Origin: Candidatus Dojkabacteria bacterium
Lineage (GTDB): Bacteria; Patescibacteriota; Dojkabacteria; B142; JAFGFJ01
Reading direction: 5' to 3'
DNA: 64,000 nucleotides
Assembly (NCBI GenBank): GCA_016931155.1
Contig: JAFGFJ010000006.1
Coordinates: 77,115 to 141,114 of the forward strand
This document shows positions 59,718-64,000 of this stretch, piece by piece; within the stretch, counting starts at the first letter, position 1; every line of letters starts with the position of its first letter. The position numbers were made by a program, and so were the translations under genes. A model generated the notes under the pieces. That model saw only the letters and a program-made list of their open reading frames with translations. It did no database searches and was not told where the DNA came from.

Positions 59718-61271
59718 ATGGGTATAGATAAACACACTTATCAAGCACAAAGCCAAGGAAGGGACAGAAATGAAATAGATCCTATTAATATGGCTCTGAA
59801 CATGTCTCGTGTTGCTACCGCATTTGTGCCAATTTCTTCTTATTCCGGACATGAAGGAGTTATGGTAAATAAACTATTTACAGATCTGTTTGGGTGCGAT
59901 TCAGACGAGATTAACAGTGTAGTCCGTCTGTCTTGTGTACTAAGGAATGATCAGTGGCGGGACGAATTAGAACTCAAAAACTATATTCAAAGAATAAAGG
60001 ATGCTCCTAATACTCACGAAATCAGAACTTTGAGTGATAAGAATGGGGGTAAATTTATGGCAGATATAGAATACTCCATAATATCAAACAATGATGATGA
60101 GCCCTTCCTTCTTTCAGTAACAATTAGAAATGTTACTGAAGAACTTCAGAAAGCCGAAGATTTGCGTAGAGAGAGTGAAAGAAGACTTTTTGATTTCATA
60201 AATAAAGCACCTTTCGGGATTATTCTTACCAGTGATGGATTAGTAATTTCTCTAAATCCTGCGGCTCTTAAAATACTTGGGTATGCTGAGGGGGATAGTA
60301 TGGCAATACGTGAAACTGGATCTCTATATGCATACAAAGAAGAAAGAGATATTTTTAAAGAACGGCTTGAAAATAGTGATGATGGTATAGTAGATGGTGT
60401 AAGGGTATATATGAAGAGAAAGGACGGAGAGCTGGTGCTTTGCAGTTTTACTGCAGTGCGTCAAATGAATAATACGGGAGAGGAAATAGGTTATGCCTTG
60501 ATGTTCAGGGATGTAACCCAGGAGGAAGAAGCAAGACGTCTTGAGTTGACTCTTGCTGAAACGAGGCAGAGAGAGATTATCAGACAGGAAAACCACGATA
60601 AGTATACCCACGATATAGCTAATATAATATCAGTAATGAGGTTGCAGGTTTATTCTGCGATGAATGCAGTTGGGAGTGAGAAAGTGCTTAAGAATATTCA
60701 AGGCATTGCAGAGCAGATTAATCGGTTATATGACTATTTTCAACTTGATTGTAAATCAGATTCAGAAGGACAGATAAGCTATCACTTTAACGAAATGAAG
60801 GTTGAATCAGCCATTCAATTTTTTAAAAACGTTGTTTCTTCATATGAAGGTCCTGCACAAGAAAAAGGTCTGAATTTTGGTTTTCAGCGAAAAGAAAATA
60901 TTGAGGGAAATGGAAAGAATTGTGTTGTAAGTATTGATAAAAATGCAACAGAGCGATTGCTTACAAATTTACTAAATAATGCAATCAAGTACACAATAGA
61001 AGGTAGTGTTTTGATGGATGTATATACTGATTCAGACAACTTGATTATTGAATGTAAGGATACTGGCTGTGGAATACCAAAAAACGAACAAAAAAGAGTT
61101 TTTGAATCAGGGTATAGAGCTGCAAATTCTTCCAGAACAGAGGGAAAAGGACTTGGACTCTCAATAGTCAAGGAAATAGTTGAAGCTCATAAAGGAAAAA
61201 TCGAATTACAAAGTACTCCTGGAGAAGGTTCCACTTTTACGGTTAAATTGCCACTTATTGTTAGGGAATAG
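59718..61271 (+). CDS. Cytoplasmic PAS-domain sensor histidine kinase (orphan)
   Basis: No TM segment. Two PAS-like segments. The phospho-acceptor H-box is divergent (ENHDKYTHDIANIISVM). HATPase_c N/G1/G2 boxes (LLNNAIKYT, DTGCGIP, GKGLGLSIVKEIVEAHKG). Confidence 0.8.
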   Translation: MGIDKHTYQAQSQGRDRNEIDPINMALNMSRVATAFVPISSYSGHEGVMVNKLFTDLFGCDSDEINSVVRLSCVLRNDQWRDELELKNYIQRIKDAPNTHEIRTLSDKNGGKFMADIEYSIISNNDDEPFLLSVTIRNVTEELQKAEDLRRESERRLFDFINKAPFGIILTSDGLVISLNPAALKILGYAEGDSMAIRETGSLYAYKEERDIFKERLENSDDGIVDGVRVYMKRKDGELVLCSFTAVRQMNNTGEEIGYALMFRDVTQEEEARRLELTLAETRQREIIRQENHDKYTHDIANIISVMRLQVYSAMNAVGSEKVLKNIQGIAEQINRLYDYFQLDCKSDSEGQISYHFNEMKVESAIQFFKNVVSSYEGPAQEKGLNFGFQRKENIEGNGKNCVVSIDKNATERLLTNLLNNAIKYTIEGSVLMDVYTDSDNLIIECKDTGCGIPKNEQKRVFESGYRAANSSRTEGKGLGLSIVKEIVEAHKGKIELQSTPGEGSTFTVKLPLIVRE

Positions 61272-61399
61272 TACAATACTTTGCTTATCTAGTGGCTTAG
61301 TTCACCGAAGTGCAAATATCTCGTGAAATTTTCTTGATTATTTCTATGTTTTGTGTGAAAAATTTAGAGTAAAATATTTTATTTATTAAACTGTTCCAA

Positions 61400-61555
61400 G
61401 TGGCTGCAAAAAAAGCAAAAAAGCCTGCAAAAAAAGTTAAGAAGCCGACAAAAAAGAAGGTTTCTGTGAAAAAGGCATTGAAGAAGGTTGCAAAAAAACC
61501 TGCAAAGAAAAAGGTGGCAAAGAAGAAGACTGTGAAGAAAGCAAAGAAGAAATAG
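61400..61555 (+). CDS. Lysine/alanine-rich histone H1-like small basic protein (51 aa, putative GTG start)
   Basis: VAAKKAKKPAKKVKKPTKKKVSVKKALKKVAKKPAKKKVAKKKTVKKAKKK with clean AAR/GCN codon periodicity. It is followed 24 nt later by an intrinsic terminator. The mirror-image Phe-rich minus-strand ORF (61297-61653) is the complement artefact. Confidence 0.5.
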   Translation: MAAKKAKKPAKKVKKPTKKKVSVKKALKKVAKKPAKKKVAKKKTVKKAKKK

Positions 61556-61578
61556 TTTTGAACTGAAATAAGTATTAA

Positions 61579-61608
61579 GATAACACCCGAAAAGGCGTTA
61601 TCTTTTTT
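61579..61608 (+). terminator. Intrinsic terminator gataacacc-cgaaaa-ggcgttatc followed by T6
   Basis: 9-bp stem with one A/C mismatch, followed by tttttt. Confidence 0.65.
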
Positions 61609-61794
61609 GCTGATTGTATGGTTTATGATGAGATTTACTGAAAGAGAAATCAATGCTGTTTGTTAGACGAAAAATGCTACTGTAGTAGTTTAATAAAATC
61701 TCTTAAACTCAGTACCCCGTTTTCAGGGTATCTGGCATCTGTGTCCAATTTTCAGGTTGTTTGAAAGTATGAACGGGAAATATTGGATGCTTAA

Positions 61795-61825
61795 GTTGAT
61801 TTAGCGAACTGGCAGAAGGTATAAT
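61795..61825 (+). promoter_or_regulatory. Candidate promoter TTGATT-N19-TATAAT about 10 nt upstream of tRNA-Asn
   Basis: ttgatt at 61795-61800 and tataat at 61820-61825. The tRNA 5' end is at 61836. Confidence 0.45.
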
Positions 61826-61835
61826 CTCGTGATGT

Positions 61836-61907
61836 TCCGCCTTAGCTCAATGGTAGAGCGCTCGGCTGTTAACCGATCGGTTGCAGGTTCGAATCCTGCA
61901 GGCGGAG
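61836..61907 (+). tRNA. tRNA-Asn (anticodon GUU), U1-A72 first pair, G73 discriminator, CCA not encoded
   Basis: Acceptor UCCGCCU/AGGCGGA. D-arm GCUC-AAUGGUA-GAGC. Anticodon loop CUGUUAA. T-arm GCAGG-UUCGAAU-CCUGC. One C-U mismatch at pair 27-43. Confidence 0.8.
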
Positions 61908-62000
61908 CATTTTTATTTGTTGCAGCATTATCAGCTATTGCTTTGATTTTCATTCCACTTCACGTTAAAGACAAAAGTTCTACAATGAGAGTCAATTTCT

Positions 62001-62288
62001 TTAACTAGCATTCAATTCTTGATGTACAACCGAAGCAATATAACTTTGATACGGAAGCCCCTTTTGTTTTGCTTGAACCTTAGCCCGTCTGACATCCCTA
62101 GCGGAAAGTCGTAAAGTTACTACTTCCCTTCTTACTCTAGTATTTTTTGCAATAGAAGAGAGCTCGTTCAATCTTTTGTTAGATGGCTTTTCTAGGTTTA
62201 TTTCTTCATTATCAATAGCTTTAAGCAATTCTAATTCATCACTATCAAGTGATATATTTGTATGATCGTTTTGATTAAAATTTTTCAT
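62001..62288 (-). CDS. brnA: BrnA antitoxin (RHH/CopG-like)
   Basis: C-terminal VVTLRLSARDVRRAKVQAKQKGLPYQSYIASVVHQEL matches the BrnA consensus (VTLRL...G..YQT.I). It lies downstream of brnT and overlaps it by 14 nt. Confidence 0.7.
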   Translation of the reverse strand: MKNFNQNDHTNISLDSDELELLKAIDNEEINLEKPSNKRLNELSSIAKNTRVRREVVTLRLSARDVRRAKVQAKQKGLPYQSYIASVVHQELNAS

Positions 62289-62562
62289 TTTTCGAATTTA
62301 ATAAATATTTTTTGGTAAACTTTCTACTTGGGACTATTGTTTTTAAGAAAACTACATCATCTCTGATCACATAAGGGACGAAATAAGCGTAATTTTCAAT
62401 ATCAACTACAAAACAATTTTGATGAGAATACTTTACTTTATTTGGATGCTTTCCTTCAAATAGTATTCTTTTCTCCTCAATAGCTAGCTCCACTTGCTCG
62501 AAACTAATATTTCGATTTTTAATCAGCCACCTATTCTTTTCATCATTCCAATCTAATATCAT
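62275..62562 (-). CDS. brnT: BrnT (DUF497) ribonuclease toxin
   Basis: ILDWNDEKNRWLIKNRNISFEQVELAI matches the DUF497 N-terminal motif (FEWD..K...N..KH.vSFEEA). The C-terminal FLKTIVPSRKFTKKY matches RIISARKATKKERKKY. Confidence 0.75.
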   Translation of the reverse strand: MILDWNDEKNRWLIKNRNISFEQVELAIEEKRILFEGKHPNKVKYSHQNCFVVDIENYAYFVPYVIRDDVVFLKTIVPSRKFTKKYLLNSKNEKF

Positions 62563-62693
62563 TAGTTTGTGTACTACTTTCGTAGTATATCATAAATTGA
62601 AGCAGAAAAGAAAGTTAGAATTTAATAGTTCAATATATTATTTGTTAAATGTAGAATTAATTCAGGTGATTTATAGAATTTTGCCCAATCAAT

Positions 62694-62720
62694 AGTTCTA
62701 ACTTCGTCCCATAATGGGAG
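62694..62720 (+). repeat. 27-bp direct repeat, copy 1: agttctaacttcgtcccataatgggag, containing the small hairpin tccca-taa-tggga
   Basis: Identical to 63140-63166. Read directly. Confidence 0.9.
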
Positions 62721-62749
62721 CCAAGAAATTTGTTCAATAGGAATCTGTA

Positions 62750-63139
62750 GTGAAAAATACTTCAAAGCGATCTTTCAAAAAAAATCTGTTGCAAAATTTA
62801 AAACGAGCTTCTAGCAGGATTTCTTCGTTTAATACCTCAATAGTAAAAAATCTAGCAAATAAAGAAAAAGAGACCTTTGAACAGTTATTTTTTTTGGCTG
62901 GGGTATGTGTTGGTTTCTTCTTGAATTTAACTGCATCAATTATGTACGAACTTATTAGACACTCGATAGTATTACAGATCGGAGTCTTAATTGTGTCCAT
63001 GGTGTCTATAGTCGGTACTGTATATTTAATAAATAAAATGTATATTAAACCCTATAAAGCTTTGTTGGAAATTAGCAAAAGTACTAAAAATCTTGAAGAA
63101 GAGATTAATCATATGGTTAAAGAGACTAAGGAAATATGA
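62750..63139 (+). CDS. Small membrane protein (129 aa, GTG start after an AGGA Shine-Dalgarno), exactly bracketed by the 27-bp direct repeats
   Basis: Basic N-terminus, one TM segment (FFLAGVCVGFFLNLTASIM) and a second hydrophobic segment. The stop codon abuts repeat copy 2. The competing minus-strand ORF 62734-63000 has no such features. Confidence 0.45.
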   Translation: MKNTSKRSFKKNLLQNLKRASSRISSFNTSIVKNLANKEKETFEQLFFLAGVCVGFFLNLTASIMYELIRHSIVLQIGVLIVSMVSIVGTVYLINKMYIKPYKALLEISKSTKNLEEEINHMVKETKEI

Positions 63140-63166
63140 AGTTCTAACTTCGTCCCATAATGGGAG
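63140..63166 (+). repeat. 27-bp direct repeat, copy 2
   Basis: Identical to 62694-62720 and starts immediately after the stop codon of the 62750 gene. Confidence 0.9.
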
Positions 63167-63264
63167 TTCATAACTTGAGTAAACATTTTCAGATTACACA
63201 CTACTGCACATTCAAACCTATATTCTTTCTGCAACAGTGCTGAGAGAAAGTTGGCTTAAACTTT

Positions 63265-64000
63265 TTATCCGATCTCGTGTACCAGTTCTGAATAAACAAC
63301 GCCAGCGTCAGGTTTTATAACCACATTTATTGAAGAGCCTTCATTGGTCACAGATAGTCTTACCTCATCTATATCAACCTGCTGCCTAATTAATTCTTCC
63401 ACTAATCGCATTTGAAGATCAGGACTTGTTATCCACCCGCCTACTAACCGACTTTTAAGCTTTGTTTTGTCAATACCATATTTTTCAATTAGACCATTTT
63501 TCTGCCTAGATAAGATTTCCTCCGCACTCTGTCCATCATCCATATGTGTAATTGCTCGCGCGATATTTCCATTTCTTCCTTTACCATAACTTATTACTAC
63601 CACACAAGGTTCTACACCCTTAGTAACTACCTCCTCTTCTTGATCATCTGTAAAATAGGTGTCTTTTTGACCTACAATATGCCCTTTAATTTTTTCAATT
63701 ACAGCACTATCGACTTCTCTTATATTTCTTGCAAAAGTTTTCTCTTTTAATAATTCAGTAAATTCCTTTCTTTTTATTAATGAATCAGTAGCATCATCAA
63801 GCATTTTTTTGTCGGGAGTGAAATTAAACCTGGGTGACCTATTAATTAAGCCTAAACCATCTTCATCCTTAAACAAATCCTTGAATGAATTTATGATTAA
63901 GGAAGGTGGATGTATTGTTCTGAACGTAATGCTATCAGAATCATCTTCTATTATTAACTCAAATTCTGCTTCAGAGCTGTCCTCTATTGCCTTTTTAAAA
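63265..64000 (-). CDS. Hypothetical protein, 5'-truncated by the window edge. The ORF is open all the way to position 64000; the track's TTG start at 63876 is just the first start-like codon
   Basis: Hand translation upstream of 63876 gives ...FKKAIEDSSEAEFELIIEDDSDSITFRTIHPPSLIINSFKDLFKDEDG... with no stop codon. No family assigned. Confidence 0.45.
   Translation of the reverse strand, partial: FKKAIEDSSEAEFELIIEDDSDSITFRTIHPPSLIINSFKDLFKDEDGLGLINRSPRFNFTPDKKMLDDATDSLIKRKEFTELLKEKTFARNIREVDSAVIEKIKGHIVGQKDTYFTDDQEEEVVTKGVEPCVVVISYGKGRNGNIARAITHMDDGQSAEEILSRQKNGLIEKYGIDKTKLKSRLVGGWITSPDLQMRLVEELIRQQVDIDEVRLSVTNEGSSINVVIKPDAGVVYSELVHEIG

Noticed and set aside
61297-61653. 118-aa Phe-rich minus-strand ORF in the ORF track
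   Set aside because: It is the reverse-complement shadow of a Lys-rich AAR codon run. The plus-strand frame has proper codon periodicity and a terminator.
62734-63000. 88-aa minus-strand ORF overlapping the repeat-bracketed cassette gene
   Set aside because: The plus-strand 129-aa ORF has an SD sequence, a TM segment and exact framing by the direct repeats. The minus-strand ORF has none of these. Both remain unproven.
63265-63876. Tentative CheD-like deamidase assignment for the truncated gene at the right edge (GVEPCVVVISYGKG...ITHMDDG)
   Set aside because: The resemblance rests on a single Cys...His spacing with no chemotaxis context. The ORF is also incomplete, so the assignment is too weak to report.
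1-64000. CRISPR arrays, rRNA genes, IS elements, integrases and transposases
   Set aside because: No spaced direct-repeat arrays, no rRNA-like conserved blocks, and no DDE or tyrosine-recombinase ORFs were found on either strand. The only repeats are the 18-nt in-CDS tandem repeat and the 27-bp pair.

Overview
This is a 64 kb, AT-rich and gene-dense bacterial chromosomal segment with almost no non-coding DNA. Both strands are used and many neighbouring genes overlap by 4 nt. No rRNA, CRISPR array, transposase or integrase is visible. The content is mostly housekeeping: pcrA/uvrD-type helicase, argS, dnaG, ftsK, def, HU, tsaC, serS, dnaJ, a short infB, adk, trmD, trxA, rpsO, ftsQ-ftsA-ftsZ, rpoD, and comM/yifB. 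There is also a Gram-positive-type envelope toolkit: two sortases, a FemABX-family transferase, murF, a rhomboid protease, a PspC plus LiaF-like pair, and a GlsB/YmgE-family protein. The gene repertoire, the streamlined infB and the scattered, non-canonical arrangement of cell-division and wall genes suggest a Patescibacteria/CPR-like or otherwise reduced-genome lineage, but this is inference only. Standard stop codons appear to be used. Two tRNAs are present: tRNA-Glu(CUC) on the minus strand and tRNA-Asn(GUU) on the plus strand. A well-supported T-box riboswitch leader lies upstream of serS. Two type II toxin-antitoxin pairs are present, VapBC and BrnTA. A Fe/Mn superoxide dismutase gene is interrupted by a 1-nt frameshift in an A7/T7 homopolymer. 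Points worth a second look include: an operon pairing a catalytically degenerate DHH/NrnA-like protein with an atypical OmpR-type response regulator; 27-bp perfect direct repeats that exactly bracket a single small membrane-protein gene beside BrnTA and tRNA-Asn; a lysine-rich histone H1-like micro-gene hidden opposite a Phe-rich artefactual ORF; a membrane-anchored MurF; and a surface/glycosylation locus (ArnT-like GT-C, Big-domain/C39-like protein, and an acyltransferase-3 fusion). ORF-track start codons appear to include non-ATG starts (for example TTG and GTG), so 5' ends are approximate.
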